35,596 bases of DNA. It comes from Lujinxingia vulgaris. GTDB lineage: Bacteria > Myxococcota_A > Bradymonadia > Bradymonadales > Bradymonadaceae. The notes under the pieces are model-generated. The model did no database searches. It was not told where the DNA came from and saw nothing but the letters and a program-made list of their open reading frames with translations. A program made the position numbers and the translations under genes. Below are positions 9,162 to 17,596 of this stretch, in pieces. Positions within the stretch are counted from its first letter, which is position 1, and each line of letters opens with the position of its first letter. The stretch is from assembly GCA_040394315.1 (NCBI GenBank), contig JBEBSM010000001.1:1-35596 (forward strand), written 5' to 3'.

Positions 9162-10193
9162 ATGAAAGTAGGGCAACGAAGTTGGATGTGGCTGGCAATT
9201 GTTTTGTGTGTGACTGGATTTAGCGTGTCACCGGCCGCCGCTGAGAAGCAAGTTGAAGACGAGATCGTGCAGCATACGGTCAACGAAGGCGAGACCATTG
9301 GTAGCATTGCATTACGCTACAAGGTTGGTGTTACGCAGTTGATGGGATGGAATAAGCTGGAGTCCATCGAACTTGAGCCACAGACGACGTTGATTGTGAA
9401 GTCGGCGGAAGTTATTAAGCCCAAGCCGGTTGCTGCTACGATGACGGTGTCTCACACTGTTCGTGCCGGCGAGACTTTTGAGGCGATTGCTAAAAAGCAT
9501 CGCGTTACGGTCAAGCAGATTCAAAACTGGAATCGACGAATTAATCCGCGGCGTTTGCAGATCGGACAGCGGGTAAGTCTGCATGTTCCGAATGTGCGAA
9601 CGGATGGAAAGAGTGTTTCCTGGGGCGCAGCCAATGGTGGTCGCTTGTATAACGGCGTTGCGATGAGCAGTGGGCCGGGCGTACGTGTTCGAAGTACGGC
9701 TCGTGCGTTTGGAACGCAGCGGACTGTCAATTTGCTGGAGGCAGCAGGGGCGGATGTAAAAGCTCGCTGGCCGGATGCGCCGGATTTGTTCATTGGAAGT
9801 TTGAGTGCGCAGCATGGTGGTCGTTTGCGCCCACATAAGAGTCATCAATCCGGCCGCGACGTGGATATTGCATTTTATCATCGCGGTAATGTCGCGATGG
9901 ATCAGTTTCGCAATATGACAGCCGAGACGTTTGATGCCGTTAAGAACTGGCATGTTTATAAAACGCTTATCGATGCGGACGAGATTGAGTACATTTTTAT
10001 AGACTATCGCTTACAGCAGGTTCTTCATGAGTACGCGCTTTCGATAGGTTATACGGCGGAAGAACTGGAACCGATTTTGCAGTATCCTCATGGTGCAAAT
10101 GCGCGAAGCGGTTTGATACGTCATGCTCGTGGGCATTTGAATCACGCTCATATTCGTTTCAAATGTGGTCCGGACGATCGTAATTGCCGATAA
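9162..10193 (+). CDS. LysM-domain murein endopeptidase (MepA-like, peptidase M74)
   Basis: The ATG at 9162 gives the signal peptide MKVGQRSWMWLAIVLCVTGFSVSPAAA. Two LysM repeats are present (HTVNEGETIGSIALRYKV..., HTVRAGETFEAIAKKHRV...). The C-terminal part carries HKSHQSGRDVDI and HLNHAHIRF, the penicillin-insensitive endopeptidase zinc motifs. The ORF track starts at a TTG at 9108. Confidence 0.8.
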   Translation: MKVGQRSWMWLAIVLCVTGFSVSPAAAEKQVEDEIVQHTVNEGETIGSIALRYKVGVTQLMGWNKLESIELEPQTTLIVKSAEVIKPKPVAATMTVSHTVRAGETFEAIAKKHRVTVKQIQNWNRRINPRRLQIGQRVSLHVPNVRTDGKSVSWGAANGGRLYNGVAMSSGPGVRVRSTARAFGTQRTVNLLEAAGADVKARWPDAPDLFIGSLSAQHGGRLRPHKSHQSGRDVDIAFYHRGNVAMDQFRNMTAETFDAVKNWHVYKTLIDADEIEYIFIDYRLQQVLHEYALSIGYTAEELEPILQYPHGANARSGLIRHARGHLNHAHIRFKCGPDDRNCR

Positions 10194-10236
10194 GTCTCGT
10201 GTTTGCCGATTTTCAACAGCATAGTAATTTGGAGGC

Positions 10237-10719
10237 ATGAGCATGGCCTGGATCGAAGGTACAGCAAAGCAGTCGCTGGTAATTAATGCGCCGGTTTCGC
10301 GTGTTGTTGAGTTTTTTGCGGAGCCCGAGCAGCTGCGTGTTTGTCTGACGCAGCTTGAGAAGGCCGAGGAAATCGAGCCGAGCGTCTGGAAATGGACGCT
10401 TCGTGAAAAGAGTGAAAAGGGGATAAAGTTTCAGGGTATTTATACGGTTCGTTACACGCGTCAGGATGATTCGACGGTTGTGTGGGAAACGGTAGATGCC
10501 GAGACGATGCGTGCAGAAGGTAAGGTGGTTTGTCGTGCTCTGGGTAATAAAACGGAGATCGACTATGAGGAAACCATTGCAACCGATTTGCCGGTCCCAA
10601 AGCTTGCGGCAAAAGTGTTTCGGCCAATTGTTGCGCACGAGATCCGCAAGGATGTCGGGAGTTATCTCGAGCTTGTGAAGCAACATCTTGAGAAGACGCA
10701 CGCCGGAAATAAGCGCTGA
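10237..10719 (+). CDS. SRPBCC-superfamily (CoxG/Bet v1-like) ligand-binding protein
   Basis: About 160 aa with the pattern INAPVSRVVEFFAEPEQL...W, typical of SRPBCC small-molecule-binding folds. GGAGG at 10226-10230 is better spaced for the second ATG at 10243. The stop TGA overlaps the next ATG (TGATG). Confidence 0.55.
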   Translation: MSMAWIEGTAKQSLVINAPVSRVVEFFAEPEQLRVCLTQLEKAEEIEPSVWKWTLREKSEKGIKFQGIYTVRYTRQDDSTVVWETVDAETMRAEGKVVCRALGNKTEIDYEETIATDLPVPKLAAKVFRPIVAHEIRKDVGSYLELVKQHLEKTHAGNKR

Positions 10720-11915
10720 TGTCATCGGGAGAGGAGCCACAGAAATCGGGGTGGTTTGGACGATTCGGTGGTCGCTACGTTGCGGAGGCCCTGTGGACTC
10801 CTCTCGAGCAGCTGGCCGAAGCGTTTGATTCATCGCTTTTGGACGTGGAATTCATTGCTTCGTTTGAGTCCTGGCTTGATCATCGCATCGGGCGTCCCAC
10901 GCCATTAAGTCATTTTAAAACATTATCGGAACGCCTGGGTGGCGCACAGATCTGGGCGAAACGCGAGGACCTGTGTCAGGGCGGCTCGTTTGTGATCACG
11001 TCTGCCGTTTTGCAGGTAATGCTTGCAAAACGCATGGGTTGCACGGAAGTCGTGGCGGAATCCGGAACGGGTGATTTCGGGGCGGCGCTTGGCTCGGTCG
11101 GCGCTGGGTTGGGGATCGGCGTGCGGGTGTTTATGGGGCGCGAAGATCAGGAACACGAGCGTCTTAATATTGAGCGCATGAAAAAGTTGGGCGTTGTCAT
11201 TGAGACGGTGGATAGTTCAATGCGTGGTCGAAAGCGGTCGTGTTCGGAGGCTTTGCGCTATTGGGCGGAGCATTCTGAGCGGGTGTTGTACTGCGCGAGT
11301 TCGCTGGCCATGCCGGACCCGTATCCGCGGATTTTGGAGTACGGTTTGCGCGCCATCGGTGCGGAAACGCGCGTGCAGCTCAAGCGTCAGGGATGTGTGC
11401 CGGAGTATGTAATTGCACCGGTTGGCAGTGGTTCATTTGCGGCGGGTATTTTTGTTGATTTTGTGAACCACAGCGATATTCAGCTGGTGGGTGTTGAGGC
11501 CGGAGGGGATGGCCAGCGAAATTCGGCCAGTCTGGTACACGGGAGTCCTGGCGTGTTTCAGGGAACGATGTCGTATTTACTGCAGGATTCGAACGGTCAA
11601 ATTACCGTGCCGTATTCAATTGCGGGCGGGATGTGTGTGCCGAATGCGGGACCGCAGCATGCTGATTGGGCGGAGCGAGGACGTGTGCACTACGTTTCGG
11701 TAACCGATGAGGATGCCTGTCAGGCCGTGCAGTTGCTTGCTCGTACGGAAGGGTTGTTGATCTGCCTGGAAGCGGGGCATGCGCTTGCGTATGCGTTGAA
11801 GGTAGCGGCGACATTGGGCTCGGATGAGCATGTGGTCATCGGAATTACGGGCAGTGGCGAACGGGATTTTGACCGGCGTTGGCCGCACGGAGCAGAGGGC
11901 GGCGGGCATGAATAG
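10719..11915 (+). CDS. Tryptophan synthase beta-chain-like protein lacking the PLP lysine
   Basis: Collinear with TrpB: FGGRYV, GRPTPL, KREDL, LAKRMG, AESGTG, SIAGG...GPQHA. KREDLCQGGSFVITS aligns gap-free to KREDLLHGGAHKTNQ, so Lys87 becomes Val (codon GTG 10992-10994). GAGQHG becomes GTGDFG and GGGSNA becomes GSGSFA. Confidence 0.85.
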   Translation: MSSGEEPQKSGWFGRFGGRYVAEALWTPLEQLAEAFDSSLLDVEFIASFESWLDHRIGRPTPLSHFKTLSERLGGAQIWAKREDLCQGGSFVITSAVLQVMLAKRMGCTEVVAESGTGDFGAALGSVGAGLGIGVRVFMGREDQEHERLNIERMKKLGVVIETVDSSMRGRKRSCSEALRYWAEHSERVLYCASSLAMPDPYPRILEYGLRAIGAETRVQLKRQGCVPEYVIAPVGSGSFAAGIFVDFVNHSDIQLVGVEAGGDGQRNSASLVHGSPGVFQGTMSYLLQDSNGQITVPYSIAGGMCVPNAGPQHADWAERGRVHYVSVTDEDACQAVQLLARTEGLLICLEAGHALAYALKVAATLGSDEHVVIGITGSGERDFDRRWPHGAEGGGHE

Positions 11916-12705
11916 ACGGATTCAGGAATTGGAGTCGAATTTTCAGGCGACCGGACGAACTTTGTTGATGAGTGCACTGGTTGCGGGCGATCCGCACATT
12001 GATGCAACGCTGAAGTACATGAGAATTCTGGCGGAGTCGGGGGTTGACGGGATTGAGTTGATCGTGCCGTTTTCTGATCCGACGTATCATGGTCCGGTGA
12101 TTCAGCGGGCGTGTGCGCGGGCGATTCATGAGGATGTGAACTGGGCGGAAATTGGCGAGTTGGTTGCGGCGTTTCGGGAGGATTTTGATACGCTGCTGGT
12201 TATCTCGAGTTATTATAATCGGTTTTTGGCCAGGGGGCTGAGTACGTGCGCGCACGATATGGCGGAAGCCGGTGTAGATGGCGTGTTGATTACAGATCTT
12301 TCGTGGGACGAAGAATCGGACGCGGTTGCACAGGCGTTTGCGGAACAGGGAATTGCGTTGATCCGCACGGTTGCGCCGACGACGTCGTTGGATCGTTTTA
12401 AGCAGATTGTGCAGGATGCGCGTGGTTTTGTGGTGTGGACGGGGCATTCAGGGGGCGAAGTTACGGTCGAGCACGATGAGTTTGTGCGAACGCTGGATGC
12501 ATTGCGTGAAGTAACGAGTTTGCCGATTGTGGCGTCGATGAAGGTATCGACGGGCGAAGATGCGACAAGCGTCGGTTTGCATGCGGATGGCGTGCTGGTG
12601 CGGACGGCATTGGTGTGGTTGATCGAGGGGCGGGGGCCGGATCTTTCGGATAGGATCCGTCGTTTCATCGAAGAATTGCGTTCTACAACGGCTGAGCTTA
12701 CGTAG
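11908..12705 (+). CDS. Tryptophan synthase alpha-chain-like protein with altered catalytic and phosphate-site residues
   Basis: The ATG at 11908 overlaps the upstream stop by 8 nt. GVDGIELIVPFSDPTYHGPVIQRA aligns to [24 protein letters not shown]: Glu49 is kept and Asp60 becomes His (CAT 12088-12090). The GFGIS segment becomes SMKVS and the ISGSA segment becomes LVRTA. Confidence 0.8.
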   Translation: MNRRIQELESNFQATGRTLLMSALVAGDPHIDATLKYMRILAESGVDGIELIVPFSDPTYHGPVIQRACARAIHEDVNWAEIGELVAAFREDFDTLLVISSYYNRFLARGLSTCAHDMAEAGVDGVLITDLSWDEESDAVAQAFAEQGIALIRTVAPTTSLDRFKQIVQDARGFVVWTGHSGGEVTVEHDEFVRTLDALREVTSLPIVASMKVSTGEDATSVGLHADGVLVRTALVWLIEGRGPDLSDRIRRFIEELRSTTAELT

Positions 12706-12824
12706 GTCGGCGGCTTAGTTTCATGTCGTTCGGGTTACATCGAAACAGTTAGGGAAATCAGGGTGGCGCGTGAATAAAAATGCACGAGTTATTTGTGTGA
12801 ATTGCGGGTTGGTTTTGGGTTTGG

Positions 12825-12860
12825 AAAAAACAGGCGCCCCGGGTGGGGGCGCCTGTTTGT
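12825..12860. terminator. Bidirectional intrinsic terminator between convergent genes
   Basis: AAAAAA-CAGGCGCCCC-GGGT-GGGGCGCCTG-TTTGT: a perfect 10-bp GC-rich stem with an A-run on one side and a T-run on the other. Confidence 0.8.
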
Positions 12861-12911
12861 CAATCGTGGTGCGGGAAATCGAGCGCGGGATGGTAGATGT
12901 CGTGCGGAGAT

Positions 12912-15068
12912 TTAGTCGTTTTGCTCGGGTGGTGCGGTGGGCGAGTCGGGGGCGGAGTAGTGTTGAAATGCCTGTGCTATCTCGGGTGAAAGATTGTTGG
13001 AGCGCACGTGCAGATCGCGTTGTGGGAGCTGAATCTGGATGCCGGCATCGAACAGGGCTTCCCAGACAATGAAGTTGAATTGACCGCGGAATGTGAGTTC
13101 GTGAATTTTTCGGCAATCAAAATAGACAACGACTTTGAAGTGGATGCCGTCACCGCCAAATTCGGATAGCCATATTTCGGGTGGTGGGGACTGAAGGATC
13201 ATGGGGTGTTTTGTGGCAGCCTCGAGCAGGACCTGTTGGACCTGGCGAGGATTGCTTTTGTAGCTGACACAAACGGGAATGTGCAGTCGGACATGGCTGT
13301 CACGGTAGGTCCAGTTGGTGAGCTGTCCGCTCACGATGTCTTTGCTGGGCACGAGCAGGTCGACGTTGTCGGGGGTGTGGACGATGACGTTGCGCGCTCC
13401 AACGGAATCGACCTGGCCGTAGATGCCGTTGACGGTGATGAAGTCGCCTTTTTTAACCGAGCGACCAAATAGAATGATGAATCCTGAGATCAGGTTTTCG
13501 GTCAGCGTTTGTAGACCAAAGCCGATACCCACGCCAAGACTTGCCAGGACGACGAGCACGGCAGACAGGTGAACACCGAGGGCGAACAGCGACATGAAAA
13601 AAGCTACGACGACAAGCGTGTAGTTGATCAGCGTGTTGGTTGCGTAGGCGACGCCAATTTCGACGTGAAACGCAGGGTAAATCCGTGCGTTGAGCAGTGC
13701 TTTCAGCAAACGTGTAAAGAGAACGGTTGAGCCGACGATAATAACGACGTTGAGCAGATGGAAGAACGAAAGCTCCATCGCGCCGATCGCGACAAAAGGT
13801 ACTTTTAGCAGAGCGACCAGTGCTTCGTAGATACCGAGCAGTCGGAGGATCATACCGGTTAGTAGGACCGTACCGACGATCATTAAAAGCTGTTCGAAGG
13901 CTGCGTAGAGTTGAGCGGTATCTTCGTCGTTTGCATTCTGGGTGCGTAAAAATCGGCGCAAACGCTGCGCGCCGGCCAGGGCCAGGGTTACGAGCAGCAA
14001 AATTGCGTAGCTACGTAGTAGGATGAAACTGGCTGCGTGGACGTATCCCGCTGCGTTGAGCATGAGCAGGATAATCGTAACGCCGACTACCCAGTTATAG
14101 TAGCGCGTAATGGTGCGAAATAATGCTGCGTAGATGGACGACGTTTCGGGTTCTGGTAGCAGTGCGAGCACGGATTGGCGTGCAATGAACAGGTAGACGG
14201 CGGCGAGCGCCATGACGATTTTGAAGGCGAATAAGACGACGGCATAAAAGTCTTCGCGATAGCCTGTGATCGAGATGGTAGCGAGCGTGAGCCAGAAAAT
14301 TATGGAAATACGGGTAAACCAGACTGCGAATCTTTCAAGGCGCTGGGCGTGTTCCTTAGAGATGTTGAGGAATTGGCCACTTAAAAAGACTACGATTACG
14401 CCCTGGATTGCGCGGTACGCTAATAGTAGCCAGAGGGACTGGGTGAACAAAAGCGACCAGACGGCACGTTCAAACAGTGCTTGGACGGGAAAATAGCTGA
14501 CGGCGATCAGCATAAACACGGGGATACATCGCGCGACGATCAAGATGAGCGCGCGAATAACGTTGGTCAGTCCTCGTGAGATATCAAAATGGATCTGAGC
14601 CTGTAGACGCTGGCCTAAGCGCGTAAACTGGCGGTCGATGATCAGGAAAACGCCAAATAAAATCGAAATCAGCAATAAGGGGAACACCCAGCCGAGAATG
14701 GTTGTGGGTGAGGTGTTGTGAATGTTTCGGGCGATGCTATCGACGTTTTGAAAAAGCGTCACGGCGTCGTCGGCGATATGTCTTGGGAGATCCCAGGTGA
14801 AGCCGAGAGGGTCGCGTTCAAGGAATGCGCCGAAATGCGTTTCAAGAATCGCCCGGGCTTGCTCAAGTCCCTGGTCCGGAGCGCGGATCTCCAGGGGTGT
14901 GATATCTTGCTGAATAGTATCGGGTTTTTGCTTGTTTATTGGAGTTGTAGCGGAGGAGAGGTTGTCGAATAGGGACGTGGCGGTGGGCAAACACGCTGTT
15001 ACAGACAGCATGAAAAAGAGCCAGCCTGACAAGTAGAGCATACGAGAAAAGCGGAGCATACGGACCAT
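12912..15068 (-). CDS. Mechanosensitive ion channel family protein (MscS/MscK-like, multi-TM)
   Basis: The C-terminal MscS core is present (LISGFIILFGRSVKKGDFITVNGIYGQVDSVGARNVIVHTPDNVDLLVPSKDIVSGQLTNWTY), preceded by many TM helices. The ORF track begins at a TTG at 15134 with no Shine-Dalgarno. I prefer the ATG at 15068, though the ATGs at 15059 and 15041 are also possible. Confidence 0.88.
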   Translation of the reverse strand: MVRMLRFSRMLYLSGWLFFMLSVTACLPTATSLFDNLSSATTPINKQKPDTIQQDITPLEIRAPDQGLEQARAILETHFGAFLERDPLGFTWDLPRHIADDAVTLFQNVDSIARNIHNTSPTTILGWVFPLLLISILFGVFLIIDRQFTRLGQRLQAQIHFDISRGLTNVIRALILIVARCIPVFMLIAVSYFPVQALFERAVWSLLFTQSLWLLLAYRAIQGVIVVFLSGQFLNISKEHAQRLERFAVWFTRISIIFWLTLATISITGYREDFYAVVLFAFKIVMALAAVYLFIARQSVLALLPEPETSSIYAALFRTITRYYNWVVGVTIILLMLNAAGYVHAASFILLRSYAILLLVTLALAGAQRLRRFLRTQNANDEDTAQLYAAFEQLLMIVGTVLLTGMILRLLGIYEALVALLKVPFVAIGAMELSFFHLLNVVIIVGSTVLFTRLLKALLNARIYPAFHVEIGVAYATNTLINYTLVVVAFFMSLFALGVHLSAVLVVLASLGVGIGFGLQTLTENLISGFIILFGRSVKKGDFITVNGIYGQVDSVGARNVIVHTPDNVDLLVPSKDIVSGQLTNWTYRDSHVRLHIPVCVSYKSNPRQVQQVLLEAATKHPMILQSPPPEIWLSEFGGDGIHFKVVVYFDCRKIHELTFRGQFNFIVWEALFDAGIQIQLPQRDLHVRSNNLSPEIAQAFQHYSAPDSPTAPPEQND

Positions 15069-15259
15069 CGACGTCGGGTAGGGAAAGACGCGCAACAAAG
15101 AGAAATGTGTAACATTTGTCGGGATTTGTTGCAAAGGAGGTAGTTTTCACAGGGGACTTAGTTGCCAAGTAGTCAGTAGGCTGTTATAAAATCGCACTCT
15201 TACGTTGGTTAAGAAGAGTACTCGTACGACTTTGCGCATCAAATATTAGGAGATACCGC

Positions 15260-15763
15260 ATGAAAATTGCTCGCTACGTACTTGCATTGTTGATCATGAT
15301 GGCGATGTCATCTGTCGCCGTGGCGCAGGACTCAAAGCCTATCGATAACGAAGAATTTGGCGTTACGATTACTCCTCCTGCGAAGTGGGAAGTGACGCAG
15401 GGCAACGAAAAGGCTGTCGCCAATTTCAAACATCGTGGCTCACAGAGTCAGATCGAAGTGGTCGGCACCAAGTTGATGGCGTCGGATGTGGCAGACGTGT
15501 TTTTTAACACGTTTCACAAGACGTTGACGGAATCGAACTTCGAGCAAGTTAAGCAGGAAGAAGTTACGATCGGTGCTTTGAAAGGTCTGGAAACGACGTA
15601 TAAATTCGTTCATTCCGGCGTCACACTTGAAGTCGTGATCTTTCAGTTCCTTCGTGAAAGCACTGCCTGGTTGGTCGTTGGATACATGCAAGACGTTGAG
15701 AAAGACAAATATATCGACGACTTCAAGGCTGTTGTTAAGAACATCAAGTTTAAAGAGAGTTAA
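15260..15763 (+). CDS. Secreted hypothetical protein (paralog 1 of tandem pair)
   Basis: AGGAG lies 6 nt before the ATG. Signal peptide MKIARYVLALLIMMAMSSVAVAQD. Similar to the next gene. Confidence 0.7.
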   Translation: MKIARYVLALLIMMAMSSVAVAQDSKPIDNEEFGVTITPPAKWEVTQGNEKAVANFKHRGSQSQIEVVGTKLMASDVADVFFNTFHKTLTESNFEQVKQEEVTIGALKGLETTYKFVHSGVTLEVVIFQFLRESTAWLVVGYMQDVEKDKYIDDFKAVVKNIKFKES

Positions 15764-15766
15764 GTT

Positions 15767-16405
15767 TTGGGCCTTGCTTTGATTCGTAGGCTATGGACGA
15801 CAGGTCGGGTTTTTGCGTTTCACGCAGTGATCCTGATCTTTGTCGCGGGGGCCTACGAATCGGCATGGGCTCAAGATGCGGGTAATGAAGATTTGTCGGT
15901 TTCTGAAACGGACACGGATGTAGTCGATCCGAAGGCGTTGGGTAAATCGGCTGTCGCAAGCGATAGCGATCCGAACGTCTTTGTGAACTCAGAAGCTGGA
16001 ATCAAGCTTCAACGGGCTGGTGGTTGGCTGGTTGGAAGCGCGTCGCATGGAGCAGTTGCGTTGTTCCGTGCGGCTGGTGAGACTGAGGCGCAGATCGAAT
16101 TTCGCGTGAGCGAAGACATCGCTGAAGAGAGTCGTGTTAGCTATGTATCGGCCTTTCAGAACAGCTTGTTGCGCGTTGGTTTTATTGAGATCGAGGCGCG
16201 AAATCGAGTAAATTATAGTGGGCGGATCGGACAGGAGTACGAATTTCGTGCCTTATCCAATGGCATTGAATTTCGGCTGATCACGTGGTTGTTTGCGCGT
16301 GAAACGGAAGTCTGGATCGTGTCCGGTTTTTTCCCGTTATCGAAGCGCGATGCGTATTTCCGCGACTTTCAGAAATTTGTGAGAAGTCTGGAATTCACGG
16401 ACTGA
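15767..16405 (+). CDS. Secreted hypothetical protein (paralog 2 of tandem pair)
   Basis: TTG start 4 nt after the upstream stop. Signal-like N-terminus ending AWAQD. Collinear similarity to the previous gene (QIEF/QIEV, E..W.V.G, F..FV..L.F). Confidence 0.65.
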   Translation: MGLALIRRLWTTGRVFAFHAVILIFVAGAYESAWAQDAGNEDLSVSETDTDVVDPKALGKSAVASDSDPNVFVNSEAGIKLQRAGGWLVGSASHGAVALFRAAGETEAQIEFRVSEDIAEESRVSYVSAFQNSLLRVGFIEIEARNRVNYSGRIGQEYEFRALSNGIEFRLITWLFARETEVWIVSGFFPLSKRDAYFRDFQKFVRSLEFTD

Positions 16406-16438
16406 ATTTTTTTAATCAGGGGTAAATGTCGGCGATTA

Positions 16439-17596
16439 TCAAACGGTTTGACGCCGCTTGTTTCTTGTTTTGTTTCTTGTTTTGTTTCTTGCAAAGAGGC
16501 TGGTTGCAAGAAGGATGAGTAGTGGCGTGAAAGTTCTGGGGTTTGCGTGATCATGTATTAGCGTGGAGCAACTTGTTTGCGCATCTGGTGTTGGCGGGCT
16601 TTGCGGCCGAACGATTCTGCAGGTGCTCTGGTTTTCGGAGGTCAGGCATTGAAATTGGGCGGGGCAATCCGCATCGGTCTGGCAGAGTGCTGTGCAATAG
16701 CCGGTTCCGGTGGGCGGTGAATCAATGATACAGCCGTGCGCGCAGTGTAGAAGGTCGAGTGCGCAGTACTCGCCGGGGTTTGCCTGATGTTTCTGGCAGA
16801 CTTGGAATGTGCCATCGGTGACGCAGGAGCTCTGTGGGCAGTCGCTGTCGGTGGCGCATTCGGAATGGTTGCCGGGTTTGGGAAAGAGATGACAGAGCGC
16901 AAATTTATCGTCGGCGGCAAGCACACGTTGGCCTGCGTCGGGTAGATATTTTGCGGTCATGACGGCTGTGGCATCGTCCGACGAGTGCCAGAGGCCGAGA
17001 ACATGGCCGAGTTCGTGGGTTAGGACGCTCTGAAGATCGACAATAAGTGGACTTGCTGGTGTTTCGGTAGCTGTGTTTGGGGTGAGATATTGAAAGGGCG
17101 CGGGCTCAAGCGACCAGGTGAAGTGAGCGGTGTTGAGTGCGATCGCCGGGCTGTTCATGTTGGTTGATGCAATGAGTGTTTTTTGTTGATCCCAGTAATT
17201 TGATGGGGGGATAAAAACAGGGATCTCATTGGTAGCGACGTCGGCCAGGCTGTTTCGGAAGCCGTCGAACTGAAGACTGTCGAGCGCGCATGTGATGTCG
17301 TTCCACGTATCGACGGATCGTCGAATGGCGGTTTCGATGTCGTTTTTTTGTATGTTCTGGAGCTGGTCGCCGACAAAAACGACCGAATACGGAAAGTGTT
17401 GCGGATCGAGCAGGGGAGAGCCCCAGTGTTCCCAGGCTGTGTGTTGCCAGTGGGGGCGCTCGGTCGAGTCGCTCGGATTAGTGGCAAATAGTTCGGCTGA
17501 AGCTGTGGATAATTGAGGGCGCTCGTGGCTCATCAGGCTGGCGATTAGAAAGCCGGCGATACAGGTTGGAGCGAGTGCGGGGCGAAGTCGGTTCAT
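16439..17596 (-). CDS. Secreted metzincin-type zinc metalloprotease with cysteine-rich C-terminal domain and TM/basic tail
   Basis: HELGHVLGLWHS matches HExxHxxGxxH, followed by a Met-turn candidate (AVM). Downstream is a cysteine-rich region of more than 20 Cys. The tail reads SCS-15 aa-LLILLATSLFA-RNKTRNKTRNKRR. The ATG overlaps the upstream gene stop (ATGA). Confidence 0.8.
   Translation of the reverse strand: MNRLRPALAPTCIAGFLIASLMSHERPQLSTASAELFATNPSDSTERPHWQHTAWEHWGSPLLDPQHFPYSVVFVGDQLQNIQKNDIETAIRRSVDTWNDITCALDSLQFDGFRNSLADVATNEIPVFIPPSNYWDQQKTLIASTNMNSPAIALNTAHFTWSLEPAPFQYLTPNTATETPASPLIVDLQSVLTHELGHVLGLWHSSDDATAVMTAKYLPDAGQRVLAADDKFALCHLFPKPGNHSECATDSDCPQSSCVTDGTFQVCQKHQANPGEYCALDLLHCAHGCIIDSPPTGTGYCTALCQTDADCPAQFQCLTSENQSTCRIVRPQSPPTPDAQTSCSTLIHDHANPRTFTPLLILLATSLFARNKTRNKTRNKRRQTV
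16460..16491 (-). repeat. 12-nt tandem repeat (about 2.7 copies) inside the protease tail
   Basis: The plus strand reads GTTTCTTGTTTT twice plus a partial GTTTCTTG. On the minus strand this encodes RNKTRNKTRNK in frame. Confidence 0.8.

Noticed and set aside
9312-9953. 213-aa minus-strand ORF
   Set aside because: It is antisense to the LysM/M74 endopeptidase gene and has no recognisable features.
11845-12668. 200-aa and 151-aa minus-strand ORFs
   Set aside because: They are antisense to the TrpA-like gene, and their R/N/P-rich composition marks them as shadow ORFs.
10719-12705. Annotating the pair as functional tryptophan synthase trpB/trpA
   Set aside because: The PLP lysine (K87 to V), the neighbouring His, and parts of the phosphate loop in the beta-like protein are substituted. 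So are Asp60 (to H) and the phosphate-site glycines and serine in the alpha-like protein. I therefore call them TrpB-like and TrpA-like only.
15069-15134. TTG start at 15134 for the MscS-family gene, as in the ORF track
   Set aside because: The sequence upstream on the coding strand reads CCTCC, the complement of a Shine-Dalgarno. The extra 22 residues add nothing recognisable, so in-frame ATGs at 15068, 15059 and 15041 are more plausible. This remains uncertain.
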